Positions 1 to 7,552 of a stretch of DNA of 64,000 nt are shown here, in pieces. Position 1 is the first letter of the stretch; each line of letters opens with the position of its first letter. The position numbers and the translations under genes were made by a program. This DNA comes from Klebsiella phage VB_KpP_HS106. Under the pieces are notes generated by a model, which was not told where the DNA came from, made no database searches, and saw nothing but the letters and a program-made list of their open reading frames with translations. Location: the sequence record OP764672.1. One strand, 5' to 3'.

Positions 1-353
1 CCTCCGTTTCAAAACTTGTGGCAAACTTACTCTCTGGCGTATGTCAGCCTAACTCTGTACTACTTCCTGTATACAGTAAGTTACTGATAAGCCAGTCCAG
101 ATTAATCTATATATCAATTCTGAATATGCTTATAACAAAATGATATAAGACAAACCACTTGACACAGTGTTACTATCTCACTCAATCCCTTAACACAATC
201 CCTCACTTAACCCACTCCAGTCATCACATAGCTATAGATCTATTCTATGTAGAATCACCAGTTATCTCCGTACATCCTACCGGTGTACTCCGATAACATT
301 CACTCAGTACCGTGACCAGTTAACTTATATAGGGAATGGAGAGAATTGAGTGT

Positions 354-461
354 CAAATTACTACTTTCAATCTAATTTACAATTACATCATAACTATCCC
401 TATACTCACCCTATATCTTATCATCCACCTACCTCATACCTAATCACACCTATACTCTACA
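354..461 (+). repeat. 108-nt completely G-free tract (CA/T-only) with repeated cctatactc / cctatatct units
   Basis: Direct reading: no G between 354 and 461. cctatactc occurs twice. Confidence 0.8.
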
Positions 462-497
462 GTTATAGGTACATATACCCACAATAACATTAGTGGT

Positions 498-514
498 ATT
501 ACCCACAGGGTAAT
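498..514 (+). promoter_or_regulatory. Hairpin attaccc-aca-gggtaat (7-bp stem, 3-nt loop): candidate vRNAP hairpin promoter ~40 nt upstream of the first early ORF
   Basis: Perfect inverted repeat. CCC-NNN-GGG loop closure is shared with the hairpins at 5061, 5188, 10184 and 10528. N4 vRNAP uses 3-nt-loop hairpin promoters. Confidence 0.35.
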
Positions 515-552
515 GTATAGAAGTGTTCACTTAACCTAATGGAGTATTAACT

Positions 553-933
553 ATGCATTGCTATCACTGTGGTAAAGAGATTGTACGTAATGAAGACGGT
601 ATCACTCTAGACAACCTGAATTGGTCACACCATGAATGTATGGTGAGTAATGCCGTCCGTAACATGGACGATGAAGAGTGGACAATGCCTAAACCACTCA
701 CTGTATTTGATGGTAAGCCAGTAGCTGGTACTACACCACATCAACTGTGGGAAGCTATTCAACATGGTGCGATTGTCTGCACCTCTATCAGTAAAAGTAT
801 TGCCATGCTGCGTCCTGCTGGCTCAGATGAAACTTGCTATGTGTTCTGGGATGAGTGTGAGCAAATGTCTATGCCTTATGCATCTCAGAGTGATGCAAGT
901 GAAGCATTCAGCTTCTACTGTGCCAACCTGTAA
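553..933 (+). CDS. Early hypothetical protein with N-terminal Cys/His zinc-ribbon-like motif (CYHCGK...HHEC)
   Basis: ORF with GGAG RBS 8 nt upstream. Motifs CxxC and HxxC. Confidence 0.5.
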   Translation: MHCYHCGKEIVRNEDGITLDNLNWSHHECMVSNAVRNMDDEEWTMPKPLTVFDGKPVAGTTPHQLWEAIQHGAIVCTSISKSIAMLRPAGSDETCYVFWDECEQMSMPYASQSDASEAFSFYCANL

Positions 934-939
934 TTAATA

Positions 940-958
940 AGCCCAGCTAGTCTGGGCT
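940..958 (+). terminator. Hairpin agcccag-ctagt-ctgggct (AGCCC/GGGCT family) without a T-run
   Basis: 7-bp perfect stem immediately after the stop at 933. Confidence 0.4.
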
Positions 959-984
959 ATTACTAACCTATTGGAGTACTAACT

Positions 985-1269
985 ATGCGTGTTATTAAAA
1001 CCTCCGTAATGTTCTTCCCTGCTGACCCTTTTGTAGTTAACGAAACCACTAAACGTATCGGTTTCCCTGATGACCTGATTCAACCTGCTCAATGGTGTGT
1101 AGCTATTGAATTAGTAGTGGATAATAATCCCATGTCATCATCAATGCACCAGTATGCATTTACAGCCAAGCCTACATCCAAACAGGTACGTCGTTGTAAG
1201 CGTATAGCTATCAGTGAGCATGAGCGTGAATTAGCCCAGTTCATGACTGATTATCCACATTGGTTCTAA
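985..1269 (+). CDS. Early hypothetical protein
   Basis: ORF. Its RBS/start region is near-identical to that of the 553 ORF. Confidence 0.45.
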   Translation: MRVIKTSVMFFPADPFVVNETTKRIGFPDDLIQPAQWCVAIELVVDNNPMSSSMHQYAFTAKPTSKQVRRCKRIAISEHERELAQFMTDYPHWF

Positions 1270-1281
1270 CCCTATTTATTA

Positions 1282-1301
1282 AGCCCTGTGAAACCAGGGC
1301 T
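1282..1301 (+). terminator. Hairpin agccctg-tgaaac-cagggct (AGCCC/GGGCT family), no T-run
   Basis: Perfect 7-bp stem just after the stop at 1269. Confidence 0.4.
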
Positions 1302-1334
1302 ATTAATCAATATGCCAAATTAGAGGATTAAATC

Positions 1335-1526
1335 ATGCAAGTAATCAAATTCCATGAATTAGAAGATGGTACTCAGTTCATGTTTGCCCAGACATGGGCA
1401 TATGGTGACCGTAATGTATGGCAGAAAGCCGCAGAAGATGGTGATAACCATAACTGTGTGCTCATCAAAGATAGTAATAAAGTCAGCTTTGCTGGTCATA
1501 ATACTTTAGTAATCCCTGTTCATTAA
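1335..1526 (+). CDS. Early hypothetical protein (63 aa)
   Basis: ORF with AGAGGA RBS. Followed by the conserved TAAACCAGAGGT intergenic motif. Confidence 0.4.
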   Translation: MQVIKFHELEDGTQFMFAQTWAYGDRNVWQKAAEDGDNHNCVLIKDSNKVSFAGHNTLVIPVH

Positions 1527-1541
1527 ACCAGAGGTGTAATC

Positions 1542-1916
1542 ATGAATGTACTATTCCCTGTTAAGTTAATGTCCATCCTTGAGAGACTGAAAGACAATGC
1601 CAAATGGCAGAGTCAACTACATTATGCACAACATAATTACAATGAGTACTACCCAAAGGATGGTATGACCCGTGTGGCTTTAATGTCACCACAGTTGATG
1701 CATATCATCCCTAATGTGCTCATTACTCCTGAATATTTCCGTGTTCGTCTTGCCTACACTCCTGACTTTCTGAGAGTTAAGTATATAACTCTGGAAATCT
1801 ATGATGTGAATGGCAAGCTGTTACAGACTGTGCCCCACAGTGACTGGAATACTCTGTTATCCCTGGCAATTGAAACAGAGATGCTGGAAATACTCCTTAA
1901 TATCAACCCATGGTAA
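1542..1916 (+). CDS. Early hypothetical protein (124 aa)
   Basis: ORF preceded by TAAACCAGAGGTG. Confidence 0.45.
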   Translation: MNVLFPVKLMSILERLKDNAKWQSQLHYAQHNYNEYYPKDGMTRVALMSPQLMHIIPNVLITPEYFRVRLAYTPDFLRVKYITLEIYDVNGKLLQTVPHSDWNTLLSLAIETEMLEILLNINPW

Positions 1917-1929
1917 ACCAGAGGTAATT

Positions 1930-2202
1930 ATGGATCTTGAATTAGAGCTACATCGTAAAGCTGTCAAAGAAGCATCATATCCACATATCACTCGTAGACT
2001 AGTTCAAGACCAATTAGGTCAGCAGTGGTATGTCAACCGTATTGAAATAACCATCATGGGTGAAGAGTTCTATCACGTTAAATCAGAGATTAAAGGTGAG
2101 AAAGATAAGCTGTATGTATTACTGCTTAATATGCTCAAACATATCAAAGATGGTGGTGTGCTCAATCTTGAGCACTGGAAACGTATCGAATATACATATT
2201 AA
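1930..2202 (+). CDS. Early hypothetical protein (90 aa; start placed at the ATG after the second TAAACCAGAGGT motif)
   Basis: The internal ATG at 1930 has the GAGGT RBS. The longer 1810 start overlaps the preceding gene. Confidence 0.45.
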   Translation: MDLELELHRKAVKEASYPHITRRLVQDQLGQQWYVNRIEITIMGEEFYHVKSEIKGEKDKLYVLLLNMLKHIKDGGVLNLEHWKRIEYTY

Positions 2203-2207
2203 ACAAT

Positions 2208-2225
2208 AGCCCTCACTGGAGGGCT
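2208..2225 (+). terminator. Hairpin agccctc-actg-gagggct (AGCCC/GGGCT family)
   Basis: Perfect 7-bp stem after the stop at 2202. Confidence 0.4.
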
Positions 2226-2282
2226 TAGTTTATTAACGTGTTCTCCGAACACTCTTGTGAATCGGTCTACTGGAGACAGGGG

Positions 2283-2498
2283 ATGAAAACATACACTTTA
2301 GAAGAAGCCAGATTAATGCATAGCATAGGTATACGTATGCGATGTTTAGGTAGAGGTATACCCTCATTTATTAACCCTAAAACAATGTTAATGGTTACCA
2401 CTGAAACTATGGAATGTTATGCCTATGAAGGCACCTTCTATGGGGATATTCGTATATACCCATCTCATTGTATATGGGAGATAGCAGATGACATTTAA
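2283..2498 (+). CDS. Small early protein, member 1 of a six-gene tandem paralog array (A-L-x-x-G-C/V-K ... W-E-I/V motifs)
   Basis: ATG with GGAGACAGGGG RBS. Shares the C-terminal WEI motif and the LG..MRCLG N-terminal motif with the following five ORFs. Confidence 0.45.
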   Translation: MKTYTLEEARLMHSIGIRMRCLGRGIPSFINPKTMLMVTTETMECYAYEGTFYGDIRIYPSHCIWEIADDI

Positions 2499-2703
2499 CG
2501 AAGCCAGAGCTGCATTAGCTATTGGGTGTAAAATTACTAACTATACCATCTGGAGTCCTGATAGATATATTTACCTAGAAGGATCCATGTTAATCAACGA
2601 AAGAGGTATCCCTTTTATACCTTTAAATAGTCTTGAACATATAATGTTTCTAGGATGCTGGGAGATCCATCATGAGCAAACTAACAACAGAGAAGGAAAT
2701 TAA
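2488..2703 (+). CDS. Tandem paralog 2 (EARAALAIGCKI...WEIHHE)
   Basis: Overlaps neighbours at start and stop. Motif shared across the array. Confidence 0.55.
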   Translation: MTFNEARAALAIGCKITNYTIWSPDRYIYLEGSMLINERGIPFIPLNSLEHIMFLGCWEIHHEQTNNREGN

Positions 2704-2899
2704 AACAGCATTATCTATAGGCTGTAAGTTACATCATAGTACCTGGGCTTCTCATGCTTATATCTACTGTAAAGGCTCCGATGTATATGTTGAATCTGGT
2801 AATAGAATTGGAACTACAGATAATGTGGAACTTAGGGTTTCAAACATAGGACATTGGGAGATATATCATGAAAACCAAGGAAGCAATACTAGCTCTTAA
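2672..2899 (+). CDS. Tandem paralog 3 (EIKTALSIGCKL...WEIYHE)
   Basis: Shared motif. Overlapping starts and stops. Confidence 0.55.
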   Translation: MSKLTTEKEIKTALSIGCKLHHSTWASHAYIYCKGSDVYVESGNRIGTTDNVELRVSNIGHWEIYHENQGSNTSS

Positions 2900-3071
2900 A
2901 CTAGGATGTAAAGTCAGGAGTATTAACTGGAGGAGAGGTGAATACATAGAACTGGAAACCAGTACTGGAATGTGCATAGATGAACGTAAATTAAACCACC
3001 TACATATTGATGAAATCGCTATTTGTCATGATCCATTAACAAAGTGGGAGTTATTCAATGACAACAGCTGA
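2868..3071 (+). CDS. Tandem paralog 4 (EAILALKLGCKV...WELF)
   Basis: Shared motif. Confidence 0.55.
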   Translation: MKTKEAILALKLGCKVRSINWRRGEYIELETSTGMCIDERKLNHLHIDEIAICHDPLTKWELFNDNS

Positions 3072-3249
3072 AGCATTGCTTGCAATGAAGATAGGATGCA
3101 GGATCAGAGCTGACTGGATGAAGCCAGAACTATTCTATTACATCAAAGGAGATAATGTATGTTGTGATAATACTATACCTCCTGGACTTATTAAAGTATC
3201 CGAATTCTGCTCATTCTTTGATGACTCTCATGATTGGTACATTGTATGA
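3058..3249 (+). CDS. Tandem paralog 5 (EALLAMKIGCRI...DWYIV)
   Basis: Shared motif. Confidence 0.55.
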   Translation: MTTAEALLAMKIGCRIRADWMKPELFYYIKGDNVCCDNTIPPGLIKVSEFCSFFDDSHDWYIV

Positions 3250-3455
3250 ATGCTAAAGAAGCAGTATTGATGCTGAAATTAGGGGTTAAGCTAAAAAGAC
3301 CTTATTGGGAAGGTGAAACATATATAATCTTGGGGCCTAATGACACAATATGTCTAAAGTCCCCTGATGGGGATGTCACCAAAGATACAGTAGAAGGGTT
3401 TCTAACTCAAAAATGGACAGATTGGGAGGTATATTGTCCACAGGACAATAAATGA
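3246..3455 (+). CDS. Tandem paralog 6 (EAVLMLKLGVKL...WEVY)
   Basis: ATGA start/stop overlap with paralog 5. Shared motif. Confidence 0.55.
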   Translation: MNAKEAVLMLKLGVKLKRPYWEGETYIILGPNDTICLKSPDGDVTKDTVEGFLTQKWTDWEVYCPQDNK

Positions 3456-3521
3456 ATATGTTACTACTTGCTTACATATCTGGTTTTATCCTAATCCTCT
3501 ATTTACTATGGGAACATTACT

Positions 3522-3860
3522 ATGAGTAAAATAATTTATGTCTATGCACCTGCTATGCAAAAGTGTATTCATATCCGTGTTACTGATGCATGGCTCAAGA
3601 AAGTAAAGATGGCTTTAGCCATTGGTATTACCCTTGATGGATACTGTGTTGATGGTTCACGTATCAAACGTAAGAACCAGAGAAATATATCCAGCACTCG
3701 TGCAGATACTGATGATATGTTTAAAGGATACGATGTATTCCTTAATAAACATGGTGTATGGGAATTCAAAAAGTATGTACCTAAACAAAGATTCCACGGT
3801 GTAGTAAGTGGACGGTGGTCAAGTAGTGCTGGAAGCATCCAAAACTTACCCAAGGAATAA
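3522..3860 (+). CDS. Early protein with L7/L12-CTD-like motif (KVKMALAIGITLDG), family member
   Basis: Motif [IVL]K.[IV]....A[IL]G[IL] is shared by nine ORFs. Confidence 0.5.
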   Translation: MSKIIYVYAPAMQKCIHIRVTDAWLKKVKMALAIGITLDGYCVDGSRIKRKNQRNISSTRADTDDMFKGYDVFLNKHGVWEFKKYVPKQRFHGVVSGRWSSSAGSIQNLPKE

Positions 3861-3862
3861 CT

Positions 3863-4138
3863 ATGTTAATAGAATTAAGTATGTTAACTACTTCCCTGCG
3901 TTCTTGGGAATATGTAGATAAACAACCACCTGTCTATTCAATATCAGATAGTGAGATTAAGAAAGCTAAGATACAACATAGCATTGGTATCACTGAACCA
4001 AGAGTTAATGTGTCTAAGCTGCGTATTAAAATGGGTGAAAAAGCATCCATTAAAAATGTGCTATTCCTCAACAATACTAAAGCTATGAGGCTTTATAAAG
4101 ACGAAGAAGGTTTCTACCTTAAGGAGATAGACTGGTGA
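3863..4138 (+). CDS. Early protein with L7/L12-CTD-like motif (IKKAKIQHSIGITEPR)
   Basis: Family motif. Tight spacing from the previous gene. Confidence 0.5.
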   Translation: MLIELSMLTTSLRSWEYVDKQPPVYSISDSEIKKAKIQHSIGITEPRVNVSKLRIKMGEKASIKNVLFLNNTKAMRLYKDEEGFYLKEIDW

Positions 4139-4263
4139 AATACTTCGCAATCATTTCATTCTTCTGTAATGAGAACTTCAACAATGCACTCAATGTAATT
4201 GAGCAATATAAACCTGTATTAACCCAGGAGGAGTATGACTGGTTAATATCAGTATGGGGGTAA
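4135..4263 (+). CDS. Possible 42-aa gap-filling ORF with a GTG start overlapping the upstream stop (GTGA)
   Basis: Only a GTG start is available. It fills the 126-nt gap between flanking genes exactly. Confidence 0.2.
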   Translation: MKYFAIISFFCNENFNNALNVIEQYKPVLTQEEYDWLISVWG

Positions 4264-4264
4264 T

Positions 4265-4519
4265 ATGAGCTACTATGCTGTATTTGGGGATATTCACCCC
4301 TCACTAATGGTTAGAGTAGATGAAGCTGAAATTAAAGCTATTCAAACTAAACTAGCCATTGGTATTAAACCAGAGGACATAAGACTACAGAACAAGATGC
4401 GTGATGGTAGCAGAAATCTGGGGACTCAAGATTATCTAATTCTCAATGATACTGAGTACGCTATTATAAGCAAAGGTCAGTATCTGTGTCTGGAGAGACT
4501 GGACAATGACTACTTCTAA
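4265..4519 (+). CDS. Early protein with L7/L12-CTD-like motif (IKAIQTKLAIGIKPEDIRL)
   Basis: Family motif. Confidence 0.5.
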   Translation: MSYYAVFGDIHPSLMVRVDEAEIKAIQTKLAIGIKPEDIRLQNKMRDGSRNLGTQDYLILNDTEYAIISKGQYLCLERLDNDYF

Positions 4520-4546
4520 CCAAGTATTTAACTGGCATTCTAAGAG

Positions 4547-4801
4547 ATGCTAGGTGAAGGGACTATATCTTATTATAGTGACTTCAACATTGGCATTAAT
4601 GCCACTATTACTATCACCAAATTCAATGTAGCACTGGAGAAGTTCCCACGTATTGCAGTGGTAGACTTCCCAGCTTCGCTAGATGGTTTTTATAAAAAGA
4701 ACTTCACTATCAGAGTAGATATGCGTGAAATTAAAGCTCTGATGGCTAAAGTAGCCATTGGAGTCCCAGTTATCCTTGAACAACGGATCTCATTCTCATG
4801 A
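4547..4801 (+). CDS. Early protein with L7/L12-CTD-like motif (IKALMAKVAIGVPVILE)
   Basis: Family motif. Confidence 0.5.
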   Translation: MLGEGTISYYSDFNIGINATITITKFNVALEKFPRIAVVDFPASLDGFYKKNFTIRVDMREIKALMAKVAIGVPVILEQRISFS

Positions 4802-5058
4802 TCGATGTAAATATTACACTGGAACAATGCCAGCTGGCTTATGAAGGTGGTATGGATGAGTTAGCTCTGAAGCTATTCACCCGTGCTGTAAGCCATTTGT
4901 GTGCAAATGTGGATGAGACTGAAGCACTCAATGTAGTAGCTGAAATCCTCACTGAAGACTGTATTGATACTCTTCATGAATATCAGGCTCTCATTATCTC
5001 TGATCCGGCAGAACATGCTGCTTATGAAGATATCATCTCGTCCATCTTTCTTATTTAA
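4798..5058 (+). CDS. Acidic early hypothetical protein; its 3' end lies in copy 1 of the 127-bp duplication
   Basis: ORF with ATGA overlap to the upstream gene. Confidence 0.45.
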   Translation: MIDVNITLEQCQLAYEGGMDELALKLFTRAVSHLCANVDETEALNVVAEILTEDCIDTLHEYQALIISDPAEHAAYEDIISSIFLI

Positions 5059-5060
5059 GA

Positions 5061-5079
5061 CATTGCCCACAGGGCAATG
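5061..5079 (+). promoter_or_regulatory. Hairpin cattgccc-aca-gggcaatg (8-bp stem, 3-nt loop), copy 1: candidate vRNAP promoter
   Basis: Same cccacaggg core as the hairpin at 498-514. Confidence 0.35.
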
Positions 5080-5187
5080 AATGCAAAGGCAATCCTGCCT
5101 GTTCGAATATCAGGCTCTCATTATCTCTGATCCGGCAGAACATGCTGCTTATGAAGATATCATCTCGTCCATCTTTCTTATTTAAGA

Positions 5188-5206
5188 CATTGCCCACAGG
5201 GCAATG
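5188..5206 (+). promoter_or_regulatory. Hairpin cattgccc-aca-gggcaatg, copy 2, ~60 nt upstream of the codon-optimised gene at 5268
   Basis: Identical to copy 1. Confidence 0.35.
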
Positions 5207-5267
5207 AATGCAAAGGCAATCCTGCCTGTTCGTTCTTCATTTCATATTAACTATCGAGGTATTTATC

Positions 5268-5558
5268 ATGGCTTTTCAGAAAAACACTGCTGCAAGCAAC
5301 ACTTCCAATTCCTCTGCTAACAACGCTGCTGCTCCTGCCGAGCGTAACGTTGGTGGCTATCTGAACATCGGCGTCAAAGGCCGTGATGGTCAGGTTCGTC
5401 GTCTGGGCCAGGGTGGCCGTGGCATCGCTCTGCGTGAAGATCACCCGGTTGAAGGTGCAGTACTAACCTTCCTGCGTGAGCACGGCGTAGAAGCCCTCTC
5501 AGAGCGTCTGGTAATCACCTTTGGTGATGCTAAGGCACTGGAAAACTTCGAACTGTAA
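5268..5558 (+). CDS. Early protein (96 aa) with codon usage typical of highly expressed genes (CGT/CTG/GGC/AAC/GAA), Ala/Asn/Ser-rich N-terminus
   Basis: ATG with GAGGT RBS. The longer 5208 start lies inside the duplication. Codon bias is visibly different from neighbouring ORFs. Confidence 0.55.
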   Translation: MAFQKNTAASNTSNSSANNAAAPAERNVGGYLNIGVKGRDGQVRRLGQGGRGIALREDHPVEGAVLTFLREHGVEALSERLVITFGDAKALENFEL

Positions 5559-5565
5559 TCCATAT

Positions 5566-5584
5566 GCCCAGCCTTGTGCTGGGC
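5566..5584 (+). terminator. Hairpin gcccagc-cttgt-gctgggc followed by tattta
   Basis: Perfect 7-bp stem after the stop at 5558. Confidence 0.4.
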
Positions 5585-5604
5585 TATTTAATTGAGGATA
5601 TACC

Positions 5605-5955
5605 ATGGCTAAAGAGAAAAACTGGAATGACCGTTGGGGTAATGAAGCTAAATCACGTAGACGAGGCTCCAGATATCGTTGGAGTATTAAAGAGTTTCAG
5701 GATACTGATACCTCTACTCATATTGCCAGTAAAGGCAGTAATAGCAGTCTCTGTGTGCTTATCACTAAGACTCTGGTTAAGCAGATACTGATGCGTAAAG
5801 CACTGGGATTAAAAGAATTTAGACTGAATAAGATGATCACCTGTAATGGTGAACAGCTGCCTAAATATCCTATGCCCAATGTGCTGATAAACCAGAGTAT
5901 CTGGGTATCTGCCAAGTATATCAACAAAGACATATGGGAGTTCTATCTTGAATGA
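5605..5955 (+). CDS. Early protein with L7/L12-CTD-like motif (ILMRKALGLKEFRL)
   Basis: Family motif. GAGGA RBS. Confidence 0.5.
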   Translation: MAKEKNWNDRWGNEAKSRRRGSRYRWSIKEFQDTDTSTHIASKGSNSSLCVLITKTLVKQILMRKALGLKEFRLNKMITCNGEQLPKYPMPNVLINQSIWVSAKYINKDIWEFYLE

Positions 5956-6253
5956 TTCATGGGAAGGCCTTGTAGGCAAGAGTATTACTTCTGGCTTTGA
6001 TGGACATGTATATATCGTCCTTGAAGAGTCATGGCTTAAACAACTCCGTACCCAGTATATGCTGGGTATTAAGGAACCTTTACTCAGGCTTCCGGGAGTA
6101 ATAGGTAAGTACAAAACCAACAGTGAGTACAGGCTTAATACTGGTTACTTCCCTGAAGGGATAGCTAGTTCTAAACCAAGAATAATAGCTGACAGGATCA
6201 ATGAACCTGGCTGTGAATGGCAATTACGAGTAGTAAGAGGAGTTAACGGATGA
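5948..6253 (+). CDS. Early protein with L7/L12-CTD-like motif (LKQLRTQYMLGIKEPLLRL)
   Basis: Family motif. Confidence 0.5.
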   Translation: MNDSWEGLVGKSITSGFDGHVYIVLEESWLKQLRTQYMLGIKEPLLRLPGVIGKYKTNSEYRLNTGYFPEGIASSKPRIIADRINEPGCEWQLRVVRGVNG

Positions 6254-6528
6254 CTGCTGAACTTAAACCAGCAAAATTACATACTTACTGTAAGTTTTGC
6301 AAAGCTAATGGTGTTAAACGTGTAGCTAACTGGATGAGCAAATATGCTCCCAGAGGTGGCATGAGAGACACCTACAAGCATTATGCATGTACTGAACATA
6401 AACACCTCATTGAGGATACCGATCCTAACAGGACTCGTGTGGCTGAAAATGCTGAACTGGCTAAAGCCAGAAAAGAAGTGGATGACCACATGACAGAAGC
6501 TGACTATCAAACATGGGGAAGATTGTAA
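6250..6528 (+). CDS. Small Cys/His-rich (zinc-ribbon-like) protein
   Basis: CKFCK...YACTEHKH motifs. ATGA overlap upstream. Confidence 0.45.
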   Translation: MTAELKPAKLHTYCKFCKANGVKRVANWMSKYAPRGGMRDTYKHYACTEHKHLIEDTDPNRTRVAENAELAKARKEVDDHMTEADYQTWGRL

Positions 6529-7535
6529 TGCAACATAAATGGTTACCAGTTGAGGAACTTCAGGCCATCAACGAACGTCAGTTCAACAGGAAACATATTG
6601 ATGGTTATATCCGTAAAGAGCTGTTTGAAGACCCTGAATGTAACCTTTTAGATAAGGTAGAACAGGGTGTATCTCTGTTAAACCAGTGGCTCGAAGGTCA
6701 GTATTATGACTCTAAAGCTGTACGCCTTAACCACCTCAAATCCCTTGATCTGGAAGCCATTGTGAAAGAAGTGTTCGTGGGAATCATGTATTTCCCTGAA
6801 CCTACTCCAATGGTCAACGTAGTAGGCCAGCTGGCTTCCAGACTGGGTTTCGATGATAAACGTGACAGCATTCAGACTATGGCTGAAATAGTAGCTGTCC
6901 TCACGGATACTGACGTATATGACATTAACAAGCCTCATCCTAAAGCATCTCTGTATATCGTTAGCAATATTGGGTTGCCTGACCAGTTGGCTCAATTCAT
7001 TGAGCGTTCGTGTTATTTACCACCACTGGTTTGCCCACCCAAGAAGCTTACCCATAACATGGATACTCCTTACCTTACTTATTCATCTGATAGCCTTATT
7101 CTAGGGGGATCATTCAATCACCATAACGAGGATATCTGTCTGGATGTAATCAACAGCCGTAATGCTGTGCCTTACTCTCTGGACATAGAATTCCTCTGTA
7201 ACTATGAGGAAGAACCTACATTTGATCTCAATGAGATCGATGAAGAGAAGCTCCAGAAACACCGTAAGAAACCTCTCACACCGTGGGAGAAGGCTGATCT
7301 GGTACGTAAACAGAAAGACAACTGGATGCGTTATAAACGCCAGTCGTACTACTTCTATAGCCTGATGGCAAACCAGGGTAATGAGTTCTACTTTGGCAAC
7401 AAGGTAGACAAACGTGGACGTATCTATACCCAGGGTTATCACATCAACCTTCAAGGCACTCCCTTCAAGAAAGCCAGTTTAAACTTTGCCAATAAAGAGC
7501 AAGTAACTGGTGTGCCTGATGAATTTAAACTTTAA
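6528..7535 (+). CDS. N4 RNAPII-like small subunit: N-terminal half of a T7-like single-subunit RNA polymerase
   Basis: DKRGRIYTQGYHINLQGTPFKKASL matches T7 RNAP DWRGRVYAVSMFNPQGNDMTKGLL. The start is taken at the TAATG overlap with a GGGGAAG RBS. Confidence 0.8.
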   Translation: MQHKWLPVEELQAINERQFNRKHIDGYIRKELFEDPECNLLDKVEQGVSLLNQWLEGQYYDSKAVRLNHLKSLDLEAIVKEVFVGIMYFPEPTPMVNVVGQLASRLGFDDKRDSIQTMAEIVAVLTDTDVYDINKPHPKASLYIVSNIGLPDQLAQFIERSCYLPPLVCPPKKLTHNMDTPYLTYSSDSLILGGSFNHHNEDICLDVINSRNAVPYSLDIEFLCNYEEEPTFDLNEIDEEKLQKHRKKPLTPWEKADLVRKQKDNWMRYKRQSYYFYSLMANQGNEFYFGNKVDKRGRIYTQGYHINLQGTPFKKASLNFANKEQVTGVPDEFKL

Positions 7536-7552
7536 ATAGAGAGACTTAACTA

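Larger units (their letters stand above)
1..552. other. Non-coding genome left end / leader, strongly G-poor on the + strand
   Basis: No ORF >60 aa. Extreme strand compositional skew. Lies upstream of the first early gene. N4-like genomes start with terminal repeats and early promoters. Confidence 0.5.
4979..5232 (+). repeat. Perfect 127-bp tandem direct duplication (2 copies), each carrying hairpin cattgccc-aca-gggcaatg
   Basis: Sequences 4979-5105 and 5106-5232 are identical by direct reading. Confidence 0.9.

Noticed and set aside
5101-5110. tRNA T-loop-like gttcgaat string
   Set aside because: No acceptor, D or anticodon arm pairing can be built around it. It lies inside the tandem duplication. 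No convincing tRNA was found elsewhere in the window by eye.
5208-5267. Longer N-terminal extension of the codon-optimised gene starting at 5208
   Set aside because: The extension lies inside the 127-bp duplication and lacks an RBS. The ATG at 5268 has a GAGGT RBS, and the codon-usage shift starts there.
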